Positions 1 through 13,568 of a stretch of 64,000 nucleotides of DNA are shown here, one piece after another. Source of the DNA: Octopus sinensis (taxonomy: Eukaryota). The notes beneath the pieces were generated by a model, which saw only the letters and a program-made list of their open reading frames with translations, was not told the DNA's origin and searched no databases. A program made the position numbers and the translations under genes. The number at the start of each line of letters is the position of its first letter. The first letter of the stretch is position 1. The stretch spans positions 54,064,001-54,128,000 of the forward strand of contig NC_043002.1 in NCBI RefSeq assembly GCF_006345805.1. The letters are read 5' to 3'.

Positions 1-123
1 AATGCTTTAATGATAAGCTGCATTATTGAAAGAAGCGATATACAGACATACATACTTTCATACATATTCACTCATACACACAAATACATGTGTATGTGCG
101 TGAGCGCGTCTGTATACATTATA

Positions 124-207
<84 letters not shown>

Positions 208-1479
208 ATATGTACACATATACACACACAGAAAGCATTTAATTGCGTCATAAATCAAATGTATGCTTGTAATGAATATGTACATATCTTCTTCCATCGT
301 TATTATTGTCACCACCGTCGTCATCATCATCCTCACCTTAGATAAAACACATAGAGTGAGACCTTGATAGAGGAAACTGAACGCATCGCTTACAGCGAGG
401 AAAGCCTGCAGGGACCGGATTAACGAGCTAGTTAAGCGGGAGATGACAACGGAAATTATAAATAACAGACAGTAGGTGGTCTTGAAAAGGAAAATTACAG
501 TAGAATCAGTAATTTATAATAAAGATGTAGCCACAGAAAGCTTGTGACAGAAGTAACTGTTCATAGCCAGTTCAGGAAAGGCCGTTAGAAAGGTCTTTGC
601 AGTCGAAATTAGATAAATTCAATGGCATATGACAATTTGTTTGATATAAGGGCGAAAGCTATTGTAACCGGTCAAGATACATGCGTTAAGCTAAGAGGAC
701 ACTAAAATCTTTGACATCAGCAAAGCATTAGTCAGTTCAAACACCCGAATATTCTGGTTAAGAATGCTTGGCAATAAGCTCCAACCTTTTGTCATTTCTT
801 GAATCATGGAACCTATTAGATCGCACAGTTTCAGTGTATGTTGATGAAGTTCACCTTAAAACAACCTCTCTCACACGTTGGTGTTCTGTAAGGTTCGGTT
901 TTGTTTCCCTCACTCTTAGTCATACACATTAAGAACCAACTTTGTCACCTCCAAGAATGCCCAACTCTACAAAATAATAACACATGTATTCCTCCCTAAC
1001 CATTTCAATATCATTTTATTCTGTCGCCTTTAAAACCTGAACACATATGTTGAATATTTGTATGTCAGCTGATAAGTTTTCAGTATATCTTTATAGATTA
1101 CCTCTCTGATACATATATCTCCCCTGTGAGTATAATAGTCTTTTCACCTTATTCACACAGCGTGTTATTTCTGTGACCTCGAACAACGCCCAACCCTATA
1201 AAATAATGACACATGTATACCTCCCTAACCTCCTAATATTCAGTCTCCCAGCGTCTTCCATACACATCTGACAAGTTCCTTGAGCAAATACCTCGAAAGC
1301 ATCCGCCAATGGATTTTGTCTCCTAATAACAGCACAAAAGAGAAAGCAAAATCAATGCGTAACAAGAACATTCGAGGTCGTTGCAAATACTAAGGATCTC
1401 ACCTGTTGAAATATGTCTTATATGCATATACTCCACATGTTAAAGGCTGCCTTACAAAGTATAGCCTTTATATTCAGAG

Positions 1480-1960
1480 CCAAAAATGCTTCACTTTACC
1501 ATGACAATAACTTTCTACTAAGATAAGGTGAATGCCACACATATTGCAATTCTACACAGAGACCGAATATATATAAAGACTCCCAACTGAATGACATTAT
1601 ATTGCCAACCAATATTGTCTAACCTACAGTTCACAGATGTGATGTCCTTTCTCTATCCTGTACACTGGGATATGCCAAAACTCAAATGCAGAGAGATCAA
1701 GGATAACCGATTAGATATTGTTGTAGATGTCCAACAGGCAAATAAATGTCTCCTAACCAATATATTTGTTTCAACAGATAATAATGCATCTCTAAAAGGC
1801 TGGAGGAATTAGATATTGAAATAGAGATTACCCTAATAAGAGGCCTGGAACCAGAACCAGTCTCTATATCAGTTGTTGCTTTGGGAATGATCAAACTAAT
1901 GCAGACAAGTACATAGACAAAACTCCAGGAATTACAATTATGAATAACAAACAGACAATT
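1480..1960 (+). mobile_element. Older, more decayed R4/Dong-like restriction-like endonuclease fragment
   Basis: HWDMPKLKCREIKDNRLDIVV...KCLLTNIFVSTDNNASLK, then in other frames ELDIEI, VVALGMIK and DKYIDKTPG. Confidence 0.65.
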
Positions 1961-2163
1961 GAAATATAAGGTATTACACACAGATTATCTAAAGTATAAT
2001 ACAGTTAAAATAACAAAACTAAACCTAAACATTTATTTAGAAGAATTCGGCCTCTTAACAAGATTGCACATAAAAATTTATATTATAGCGTTGAAACAAA
2101 CGAGTTAGTAGTGATTATTTTTGTCTGGTATTATGTGCTTTGTAGTTCGCATGTGTATTCAAG

Positions 2164-2470
2164 CGAAAGCGCGTGGTCTAGTGGTTCAGGGTATTCCGCT
2201 CACGATCGTAAAGTTGTGAGATCGATATGCGATGGCGCGTGGTGGCCTTCAGCAAAAGATTTTATTTCGCTTTGCTCTAATGCACTCAGCTGGCAAAAAT
2301 GAGTAGTACCTCTAATCCAAAGGGCCAGCCATGTCCAAGTCTAAGATTCACGCTGAATCTTCTTGTACGTCTGTTTCTGGAATGCGCGGCCACTTGCAAG
2401 TTAATTTCACGCGCAAGCTGTTCTGTTGATCGGATCAACTGGAACGCTTGTCAGCGTAACCGACCGAGTG
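2164..2470 (+). mobile_element. tRNA-headed SINE with CORE-like middle and the same 3' tail as 16447-16825
   Basis: GGTCTAGTGGTT head, CACTCAGCTGGCAAAAATGAGTA middle, shared tail. Confidence 0.75.
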
Positions 2471-3829
2471 CCATTTTAGTCTATGCAGGCATGTGCACGC
2501 ACGGATAAAGGTGTTCCTGCTTATGTCTCTACGTATGTGTATGTGTTTTTACGTGTGGGCGTGTGTGGGTGTCCAGGTGAGCATGGAGGGATGAATAGTA
2601 AAAAATATTGATGTCGATGTTGTTACAGTGTTGTTGCTGGAAAGATGAGGTGGGAGTGGATTTGAATGAAACGGAATGGAACGGGGTGAACAGCAGCTTA
2701 AGTCTTGTAGAAGAGAGAAATCTGTCAATATAATCCCGTGTAAAATCAATCAATGATGTAAGAGATCACTGATATCAGCGTGCGTGTGTGTGTGCACGTA
2801 TGAGCATAAGAAAAAACAGGTGCGAAGAATGAATGCGTATGTTTATGTTCATGCATGTATGTTACATGTATGTTTGCATGTTTGTGTGTACCTTCCTCGC
2901 GAAATATCAAATATCTAATTGAAATGAGGAATTTTTATTTATTTCGTTTCAAAAATCGGTCGTTCAATTCTGTGAAGCTTAGGTAGATTTTGATTAACTA
3001 CAAGTGTCAGCAATTGAAATTAGGGTAATTAATAACTAAAGTATTAAGTTTAAGCTAATTTTTAAAAAATGCGTTTTATTTCTGTTTCTTTGTTCTTTGG
3101 TTTTTCTGTATTTTTTTTTTCATTTTTGTACATGATGCAGCATTTGAATATGCTTTACAAACTATCCGTATGTATAGACAGCCACATTCACAAAGGATTA
3201 TATTTATATAGAGTTCAGATATATAAAAACCACATACAAACACAAACACACATACATACATACACACAAAGCACCCACACACATACATGTGTGCACATGT
3301 CCATGCATGCCCTTAACTATGGTTACACATTTGATTGCATGCATGCTTGCTACTATGAGAGTGTGTGTGTGTATCTCTGTATGTGTGTGTGTGTATGCAC
3401 GTATGTGTATGTGTGTATGCACGTATGCGTGTGCAAGAAAGTGAATACTCTAGCTCCGTATAATTTCTATAATGTAACAAGAGTCGTGTCCAAGAATATA
3501 CATTCAGAATATGCAATCATCTCTTCCAATTCAGCGAATTAATGCTGCGAACCTACCCGGCATCTTCTTCATTCTTATATTATCTCTTAAGTACGTCTGA
3601 TAGGTTTAGAGCTTCGAAACTGATAATAGATTCCAACAGGAAACAAAAGAAGTGGTGGGGAGTTATTTTTGCATTGTTTTTAAAGAATGAGAAATCGATT
3701 GATCGATATAGAGATGCATAGATGGAAAAACTGACAGGGAGACAGAGAAATACAAACGAAAAAACAGACAGACACATAGATGATCAGGCAGACTGACAGA
3801 TTGACAGACGCAAAAATATGCCGACAGAC

Positions 3830-4385
<556 letters not shown>

Positions 4386-4754
4386 AGGATATTGAACAAG
4401 TGTACAAAGTCAATTGATTGCGTTTTATCAAGAGAGAAAAAATGAAAAAAAGAAAAACATCAAATGCATGATTACTAGAGAGGAAACATATCGACAGTAG
4501 CGTGAATTTTGATATTTCTAGCAGAGAAGAGCGAACAAAGTAGAGGATTGAAGCAAGGCGAGCGCAGAGAATTGAAATGTAAGCTGTAGTACCTATGTTT
4601 ATGTGTATGAGAAAGATAGAGAGCGAGAGGAAGTAGAGAATTAGAGTGTGTATGCATGTATATGCGTAAATAATATTGGGAAATATGATGTGAGAGATGT
4701 TCAGTGGATGTGTGTGGTGTAAACACTTGGAACAGTGTAATTATTCGTTTTACA

Positions 4755-5062
4755 TTTTGGCACAAGGCCCGTAATTTTGGGGGAGGGGGATAAGACGCTT
4801 ACATCAACTCAGTGCTCAACTGCTACTTATTTTATCCACCGTGAAAGGATGAAAGGCGAAGTGGACCTGAGCGGAATTTGAACTCAGAAAGCAAACGGAC
4901 GAAAAGCCGCCAAGCATTTTACTCGGCTAGTCAACGATTTTGCCCGAAATGATGAGAGGTTAAGACGATGTCGGTGGAATTTGAACTCAGGACGTAAAGA
5001 CGGACGAAATGCCGCTAAGCATTTTGTCTGGCGTGATAACAATTTTAACAACTCGCCGCCTT
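4755..5062 (-). mobile_element. SINE family N, two adjacent degraded pieces
   Basis: GGATGAAAGGCGAAGTGGAC and GGAATTTGAACTCAG (twice) match the reverse complement of the 5646 unit. Confidence 0.8.
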
Positions 5063-5645
5063 ACGAGTTAAGAACGTCTTAATATTAAAATAAAATATGC
5101 GAATATTGACGATACTTATTACAGAGATGGTGCAAATATAGTATAATATAAGAAATGGTGCAAATATTGTATAATATGCGGATGCTGTGACCCAGGCGTG
5201 TATAGATCATAATACTGTGAGTGAGTTTTCAGCACATGTTTGAGTGGGGCGTAACGGAAAAAAACACGTCGATTATTGATACCATGCTTCACCGAAGCGG
5301 TAAATTACTTATTGTTCAATGCTATAGCAGTCATTGCAAAATCCATAGTTCTCTACTATAACGTAAACAGTGAAATGCAATTGGGGTTTGTATAGTCTGG
5401 AGAGTCATACGTGTGCTTATAAGGTTGCAGTTACTGTTAAACCATGAGTGTTAAAGTCAGGATTAGGTGCTTCAAAGTTCATATTCACGTACCTATGTTA
5501 CACAGAAACAAAAATACGATTCTGAGCAGTTGTATTTAAGATCTCAGAGTATTTTTTATCAATACCAGTGTTTTCCAAGTTTTTCCGATTTCTAATTAAG
5601 CTAGACATGTTGGTAGATTTAATATGTCTATATTAATTTCTTCCT

Positions 5646-6139
5646 GGCAGAAACGTTAGCGAGCTGGCAGAAACGTTAGCGCGCCGGGCGAAATACTCAG
5701 CGGTATTTCGTCTGTCGCTACGTTCTGAGTTCAAATTCCGCCGAGGTTGACTTTGCCTTTCATCCTTTCGGGGTCGATAGATAAAGTACCAGTTTCGCAC
5801 TGGCGTCGAGTAATCGACTTAATCCCTTTGTCTGTCCTTGTTTATCCTCTCTATGTTTAGCCCCTTGTGGGTAGTAAAGAAATATATATAATTTCTTCCT
5901 GGCAGAAACGTTAGCGAGCTGGCAGAAACGTTAGCGCGCCGGGCGAAATACTCAGCGGTATTTCGTCTGTCGCTACGTTCTGAGTTCAAATTCCGCCGAG
6001 GTTGACTTTGCCTTTCATCCTTTCGGGGTCGATAGATAAAGTACCAGTTTCGCACTGGCGTCGAGTAATCGACTTAATCCCTTTGTCTGTCCTTGTTTAT
6101 CCTCTCTATGTTTAGCCCCTTGTGGGTAGTAAAGAAATA
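5646..6139 (+). mobile_element. Head-to-tail dimer of a SINE (family N; central domain resembles Nin/Deu SINE domains)
   Basis: Two ~239-bp essentially identical units at 5646 and 5901; TATATTAATTTCTTCCT at 5629-5645 and 6140-6156, with a near copy at 5885-5900. Confidence 0.9.
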
Positions 6140-6319
6140 TATATTAATTTCTTCCTAAAAAAAAAAGAGAGAGAATAAATCACAGCTTTAAATGTTATTC
6201 GTGCATGATACGAAAATCTCTAGTATTTTCCAATTTACGTTGTAATCAGACGAGAATTCGTTCAAAGAACAGATGTTACACGATAGCTTCATCGTGGATC
6301 GCTCTATGGCGTTTCCACA

Positions 6320-6368
<49 letters not shown>

Positions 6369-6468
6369 AATAGTGAAAAAGCTACAGAAGGCTTGTTTTA
6401 TAAGGCTAAAGAATATATTTAAGTCGTTATGTTAGAAGAATGTTATAAAATTTTGCATATAGTAACAG

Positions 6469-6516
6469 TTTGTGGAGAAATTACCGGTTTCGTGTTAACT
6501 CTTCAAATTTCACAAA
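6469..6516 (-). ncRNA. Minimal type I hammerhead ribozyme in the PLE 3' UTR, C3U core variant
   Basis: Minus strand UUUGU-GAAAU | UUGAAGA | GU-UAAC-AC | GAA | ACCGGU | A | AUUUC-UCC-ACAAA. Palindromic stem III, GUA cleavage triplet, bulged stem I. Confidence 0.7.
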
Positions 6517-6642
6517 TGTCTTTACATACATCGTGTCATGTCTTCGTTATGCAGTGCAAAGAGGAGTTCCAGGCAGGGGGAGGTAATAAGCGATTTCTTC
6601 CGGTATAAGGGAGATAATCGCTTTATATTTCTTTTCCCTTTT

Positions 6643-7860
6643 TTAATGAAATGAGATTCTCTGTATAAGAATGTTAGGATGGTTAAGTTCAGGCTTATAT
6701 TTTTCAATGAAGAATGTTTCCTTGTTTAATCTAATTTGTGTTGGTGTTCCAATAGCACATTGATAGAATGGAAAGATTAAAAATTGTGGTAGTAGTTGCT
6801 TTGCGCATTTCTCAATATGTTCACTAAAGGGTATCATTCTGTATTCTGGAAATGCAATCTGTTGCCGATGCAGCGTGCATCTACGTCTGTGTGATAATCC
6901 CGTGGACCCCACGTAGTTTTAGTGGCAGCCCGAGCACCTTATGACATAAATTATGTTTTCAGAAGCACAAGTAAAATTAGATCTGATCTTGAATTTTTGT
7001 CCCTCTTTGAAAAGGAATTCTGATCCTTCTAGAAGGTTTGGGCATGATGCGCAGTTTGGTCTACCGCATTTTTTTACTTTTGCGTCCGTAATTTCAGAAA
7101 ACAATTTTGCCTTTGTGAGAATCTTTTTAAGTGATTTAGGCTGTTTGTAGCTTTTAATGATTTTATGTATGTTTAGAATTTCCTTTAGTTTGGGTACCTT
7201 ATGAAGTATTGGTAAATTCTGGGTGATGATGGTGAAGGATTCTTTGTTTCTGGGGTTGTATGTGGATATGTAAGGCAGTATTTTCGGGGAAGGTGTGTTG
7301 TTGTGTTGAACTTTTCTCAAAGTTTCTATGTCGATTTCTGTTGCACGTCTGATCCCATCCTCTATGAGTTGAACTGGGTAGTGTCTGTCAATTAGGGTGT
7401 TTTTGAGTTCTTGTAGTCTACATTTCCTGGTATTTTGTTCTGATACTATTGTGCATATCCTTCTTGCAAGGTTGAAAGGGTTGTTTGTTTTAGTGTGTCT
7501 TGGGTGGCATGAATCAAAAAGTAGGCATTGTTTGGCGTCTGTGGCTTTGTAAAAAATGTCTGTTTCTATTTTAAGGTTAATTTTTTTAATTAGCATATCT
7601 AAGAATGGAAGCTCCTTTTGGTTGTACTCCATTGTAAACTGTATATTTGGGTTGATACTGTTCAATAGGTTTTTGAATTTTAGGAGTTTATCTGTGTTTT
7701 CATTCCAGAGTATAAAACAATCGTCCAGGAATCTTTTCCAATTCTCTTTTATGTATTGAGAAAGGGGGTTTCCAAAGGTCGATAAAGATTCCTGGTATAT
7801 AATTATTTCCAGGTAGCCCATTGTTAGGTTCGCAATGACTGGTGCTGCCCTTGTACCCAT
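6643..7860 (-). pseudogene. Penelope RT/GIY-YIG ORF broken by an in-frame nonsense codon between the two GIY-YIG motifs (IIYVIRCSGCH*NYVGS)
   Basis: ORFs 6919..7860 and 6643..6912 are in the same frame, separated by TAA AAC TAC. Confidence 0.9.
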
Positions 7861-7878
7861 AGTAATTCCGATATATAT

Positions 7879-7940
<62 letters not shown>

Positions 7941-8086
7941 GGGAGGGTTATGAGGGGTTATAACCCAATGGTGTCAGGTAATGCTGAGTAAGTGCTATGG
8001 ACAGACTATACTTAAGCGCCAGGTTCGGTGATTATGCGAATGAGGTGTCCAACTTTGGTTATATATCAGCATGTGTATATATAAAC

Positions 8087-8408
8087 AAATTTTCAGAATG
8101 AGATAAAAATCTAAGGCTGTGAAAGATTTTAGAACATTTATAAATAGAAGGTCTTAAAGCTGTTTCCAGGATATTTTATAAATGGAGAGTGAAGTGGAGG
8201 AATGAAAATATCTCACGTATATTTTTTATTCCTCCACTTCACTCTCCATTTCATATCTTATCTACAATAACCATTACTTAACGATTTGCTCACACCGTCT
8301 CCGATGAAGGGATATATAAAATATCCCGGAAACATCTGTAAGACCTTCCATTTATAGATGTTCAAATATCTTTCACAACCTTGAATTTTTATCTAATTCT
8401 GAAAATTT
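8087..8408. repeat. Nested fold-back: ~93-bp imperfect outer inverted repeat enclosing a ~30-bp inner hairpin
   Basis: 8087-8180 vs 8316-8408; inner AATGGAGAGTGAAGTGGAGGAAT / ATTCCTCCACTTCACTCTCCATT at 8181-8250. Confidence 0.9.
8297..8344 (+). ncRNA. Type I hammerhead-like motif, decayed (U4C; one stem III mismatch)
   Basis: GUCU | CCGAUGA | A-GGGAUAU-AUAAA-AUAUCCC-G | GAA | ACAUCUGU | A | AGAC. The inverted partial copy at ~8150-8180 reads GAAACAGCU at the corresponding site. Confidence 0.65.
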
Positions 8409-8449
8409 ATATATATGTATATATGTATATATATATATATATATTATAT

Positions 8450-8486
<37 letters not shown>

Positions 8487-8571
8487 CAAGAGATGATTAT
8501 ATAGAAATACCATCCACTGTGGCAAGCAAGTTACCATACGTACAAGCAAATTAATAAAATATATTCATAAA

Positions 8572-8580
8572 ATATTATTA

Positions 8581-8658
<78 letters not shown>

Positions 8659-8697
8659 ATAGTAGTAGTGATAGTGGTGGTGGTAGTGGTAGTAGTT

Positions 8698-8748
<51 letters not shown>

Positions 8749-8752
8749 TCAT
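8572..8752. repeat. Compound trinucleotide microsatellite (TAT)n-(CAG)n-(TAG)n
   Basis: Direct reading. Confidence 0.95.
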
Positions 8753-10057
8753 CATACTCTCTGCTAATTTGATATTTCTATTTTTCTTCAAAGAACCGAA
8801 ACAGTTAAATCTAGCATGACATCAAGTGCTTTTGTGGCATCATCCAGATGCGCCTGAAATATTATCGGTGTTATACGTCTCTGGATATCTGCAAATCATT
8901 CGTTTTAGTCTTTCCTCTGAAGAAGCCAAGAACAGCTGTGTGTCTTACTCTCACTTGCACATTAATAATTTGCTTGTATCTTATTCATTAATTACATTTG
9001 GTGCTCAAATAAAATGTTCCTTTGGAACTGTCAAATGAATGAGGAGTATTATAAAAAGATCTTCTAGTTCTTTATAAACATAACATATTATTTACTCTTA
9101 ATCTGAATAAAATTATTTAAATCTTATTAACGATCCATTACTTTGTATTTGGATTCCAGAATCAATACGACGTCTATTTTAAGTTACGTCCCTTTATTGT
9201 TCAGTTTCAAATCTCGTTGAAGTGTGCTTTCGCCTTAAGTGTTATTTCATTAATTGATAATTTGCATCTACGCAGTTATAATTTACGTTTATATTTATAG
9301 TTAACAAGTCACTTAAAATAGTAAATATAATACAGTAATGTCGTTGATCTATCACACAATGAAGGCAAATTTAGATCTGTCAATTCCTTTTGCAGTAATC
9401 CAGCAAATATATCGTACTTCCTATAATTGTAGATACACTTAACGAAATTACAGAAATTCAATATAGTTTTCTGTCAATGTGAAGAGTGTAGTTCCACGTT
9501 TCTTTGTCATACGGTTAACCAAATCAAGTAAAACAAAAAATATATTCTGGATCAATAATAGTATTATACAAATCCAACATGATAGAATATGTCTTATAGT
9601 TCATCTTCGGAAAATACCTGTTGAGGAACCTCAACTATATGGTCGATAAATTTCCAACAAAACCTCTATCAAATCACTTCAAAAAGGAAGGTAGAGTTGA
9701 TAGAGATAGTTAAGTTCTAGGTACATTATGCGTTGATGGATATGTATCACACGTGGCTCATTGCTGGGATTTGAGTGACCATACGTTTTCTCACTTGAGG
9801 CTAGACAGGATGAATGCATTATTTTTCTTAGAATTTCGCATGTTTTCAAAGCTTTATCTCTTCATGCAAAATGGAGACGACTACCGAAACTTCTATGTCA
9901 CACGTTTCAACCATCGTGAAAATCTCTTCACACGAAACCATTGGCTGTCTTGTGAATTCACAATTATAAATATTTATCCACACATGCGTTATTGAGCACT
10001 CATTCTCACAGTTTGTTATTACCGTGTATGTATATGATGTAAACACACACATATATT

Positions 10058-10127
<70 letters not shown>

Positions 10128-10608
10128 TTTCATATACATATATATATATATATAGTACAAAGTAAGATAGGGGTTATGGGTGTAACCCATTATGGGATAG
10201 CATTTATCCAATATACTGTTGGTAAAGTACCCAGATTCTTAATACATAAATGTTTTTAATTGCAGTGCAATTAACTCATTTATTGTATTAAACGGGTGAA
10301 GGTAAAGAAATATTTTTACCGTAAATTTATAATACAAATAAGAAAATGGAGAAACAAATTTAGTTTGTTCATCAACTTTCGGATATTATACTGTTGGATT
10401 ATTTATTCATTTAACAAAATGAAAACATCAATAGCATACATATATATCTTATAATTCAATACATATAACATAAGAATACAAATTATAAAAGTCATTATAT
10501 AAATTATTGAAATCATTAAAATCACTTCTTATAGCTCTTTCAGCCTATGGCTACACACATGCACACGCACATATATAAATAAACGCACATATTCAAATGC
10601 ACATGTAT

Positions 10609-10655
<47 letters not shown>

Positions 10656-11763
10656 ATTATACTTATACATGTTTGTGTGTTTAAGCACTTTTTTATGTAT
10701 GCGATTTTGTGTTTGTATACTTGTGGGAGTATATGCCTGCTTGCGTGCATGTGTTGTACTTTAATTTACTCCTGCGATATCAATTCTCTTTCTAAATATC
10801 GTTTGCTCTTACTGTTTGCCATCTTTCACATTAAGTGTAAAATTTCCAGGGTTTTCCTTCAATTTAACGAAAATTTGAGAATTATGAATTCTATTATATA
10901 TCGCATTTCATATTTCTTGAGAAGCAAACATATCATTTTGACTTCCACAACAACATTCTTATATTATATCTGTCATTTTCAATTAAATATGCTGATCTGT
11001 TTCATAAATGGTGTTTCTTTAGTTTCAAGGTGCTGTGAAACATCAATTAGCCTGTAGAATATCTTTTTCACTTGGACCGTCCAGCGCGATTATTTTTCGG
11101 GCATTATGCCTCTGATGAACCTTGGTTCCCTACAAGTTCCAAATGGGATCTACGATAGAACAATGTCCTCATACCTAGTAAACCTTATCTGCAGCAATAC
11201 AGGTAGAAGAAACATCATTCACAACGCGTAAAAGCTGGTTAAGCGTTCGGTTAGAAAGATTCCATTGAACAACACTAAAAAACCCATATCCCACACATAC
11301 GGAAACGATATGTCTTCCAGGTAAACATTTTACCGCAAACACAATGGGATTATGCTCCACAAATCGCTGTACATATATCATTCCCACCCAATCTCGCATG
11401 CATTGTTTGATTAAAGGGATCAAACACTAGAAAAAAAAACATTCATAAGACTATGTGTGTGTGCGTGTGTGTACACAGATACACAGAGACACATGCAATC
11501 ATATGTAAAGGCCTCCATATTCCTTAACTATTATTCGTTTGCATAACCAGGGGAGAGATATTCTCTCCGTCCCTTTCGAATGATGTCTCACTCTACCACT
11601 ATATTAACAAAAGGATTGCAAATCAATCAGATAAACAGAGTGATAGAGGGTGAAATTAAGAGAGAAGTGTGCATATATATTTATATATATATATATATGC
11701 ATATATTTATGTACATATATACATACATTTATGTGTGTATATGTATATATATATATTTATATA

Positions 11764-11841
<78 letters not shown>

Positions 11842-12063
11842 ATATATGCAGATGTAAGGGTTATCAAATCTTATTTCTAGAAACTCTCCACTGTCAGTCA
11901 CAATTAGTGACAAGTGAATATTTCCTTTTCGGTTTCATATTGCTATAGCCGCATGCGTTGTTTTATAATATTCGCAGTAATATTTTGCTGAATAGTTCAT
12001 TTATTCACATGATTAATACTATATACTGACAGTCAGGATTTAATCAAACCATCCAGCGATGGA

Positions 12064-12117
12064 GTAGTCACCACTGATGAGCTCTAATTTTAAGCGAAAC
12101 TAAACTAGTATGATTAT
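12064..12117 (+). ncRNA. Type I hammerhead ribozyme, canonical core
   Basis: CUGAUGA at 12074-12080; stem II GCU...AGC; GAAA at 12096-12099; stem III ACUA-AAC-UAGU; GUA site after 12110; stem I CA/UG plus GUAGU/AUUAU across a CAC bulge. Confidence 0.75.
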
Positions 12118-12323
12118 CTCACTCGTTGCGGGTGGTTATCTCTCCTGTCACTGCATAGACATGTGCAATATTGCAGCTGTAAGGGTTTTTAACTCTTATT
12201 TAGAGCAATGTAGTTGCTACCGTGCACCGTCAGCCATAGTTAATGACGATTCCATTTTTCCATTTCATTTATATATTGCGCGTAGCTCTGCATTCATTGT
12301 TATTATACAACACACACACACAC

Positions 12324-12384
<61 letters not shown>

Positions 12385-12488
12385 GGGGTGAGAGAGACAT
12401 AGACAGATAAGCAGACAGACAGGCAGGCAAACAGACGGACAGACAGACAGACGGATAAACAGAAAGACAGACAGACAGACATATAGAC

Positions 12489-12575
<87 letters not shown>

Positions 12576-12629
12576 AAACGCGTAAAGGCCTTCACAGATG
12601 ATCAGTTTATAATGATGAACTGTTTTGGT

Positions 12630-13482
12630 TGTAGAATTTGATGAAGACAAATTGGTAGGACAAGAAAATGCACAGTCAGTTCTTGGAGAATAAAGAAGAG
12701 ATTGATTGAAAGAGAACCTAGCAATGGCTGCAGAAAGGAAACTTAAAAGAGCCCTCTGAGGCATTAGTGTGCAGCGCTCGAGAATAAGCTCTCAGAACAA
12801 ACTACACCAAATATCACATTCATAGAAGCACTGACTCGCCACAGTACTCTGACAAGGGAGAACGTATAAGCCATATTGTTAGTGAGAGCTGTAAGCTCGC
12901 ACAACGCCAACGACAATGTGTCCAGATATGTCCACTGGCTGATGTGCAGTAAAGCAAACCCCGAGAGACTCAAACAATGGTATGAACACAAACCAGAGGG
13001 AATAATGAAAAACGAATATTACAAAATAATCTGGGATTTTAACATACAGTGCGACTATATCATAGAGACGACCGGATATCGTTATCAAACATAGAAATGA
13101 AAAAGAGGTAAAGATAATAGATGTTGCAATGCCAGGTGATTCGAGGGTGAAATATGAGGAAACAGAAAAGAGTGAGAAATACCAGCCACTGCGGGACGGG
13201 ATAGGAAACTTATGGGGCATTAGGTAAGTAATGGTGATACTGGTGGTAATTGGAGCATTAGGAGCAGTTTCCAAGAGCTTTGAAAAACATTCAGAATATT
13301 GGAGCAGCAGTGAGGCTCGAAGTGATCCAGAAGACAGCAGTGTTGGGTACATCTCGCATTCTAAGGAGAGTATTGTCTCTTTGAGTCACAGGAGAAGGCA
13401 CTACTTGAAATCTTTGATTGGTTATTGGCTGCTTTCAAGTAATGAGCAACCGGTAATTAAGATCTATCTGAGAGTCTTTCAG
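12630..13482 (+). mobile_element. 3' fragment of an R4/Dong-like non-LTR retrotransposon (zinc-knuckle remnant and restriction-like endonuclease), followed by (TAA)n
   Basis: Frameshifted translation: KKMHSQF, QWLQKGNLK, SHIVSE, KQWYEHKPE, IIWDFNIQCD, RRPDIV, IIDVAMPGD, EKYQPL, VVIGALGAV, RILRRVLSL* (stop ~13384). A short UTR is followed by AATAATAAT. Confidence 0.85.
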
Positions 13483-13533
13483 AATAATAATAATAATAAT
13501 TATAATTGATGATGGTGATGATGAGGATGATGG

Positions 13534-13568
<35 letters not shown>

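Larger units (their letters stand above)
6365..7870 (-). mobile_element. 5'-truncated Penelope-like retroelement (RT C-terminal half, GIY-YIG endonuclease, 3' UTR with hammerhead)
   Basis: ORF 7860-6919 has PLE RT motifs (MGTRAAPVIANLTM, WKRFLDDCFILW, LPFLD, CHPRHTK) and a Cys linker (KCGRPNCASC). It continues in frame past a TAA (6919-6921) into NYVGSTG...HRQQI...KETFFIEKYKPELN. Both ends abut (TA)n. Confidence 0.93.

Noticed and set aside
8915-8945. CTGAAGAAGCC...ACAGCTGT
   Set aside because: No GAAA and no closing strand for stem II.
11270-11430. KNPYPTHTETICL resembles the TALE homeodomain NPYPT motif
   Set aside because: There is an in-frame stop just upstream, no helix-1 W/H pattern and no WF.N helix 3 in any frame; probably chance.
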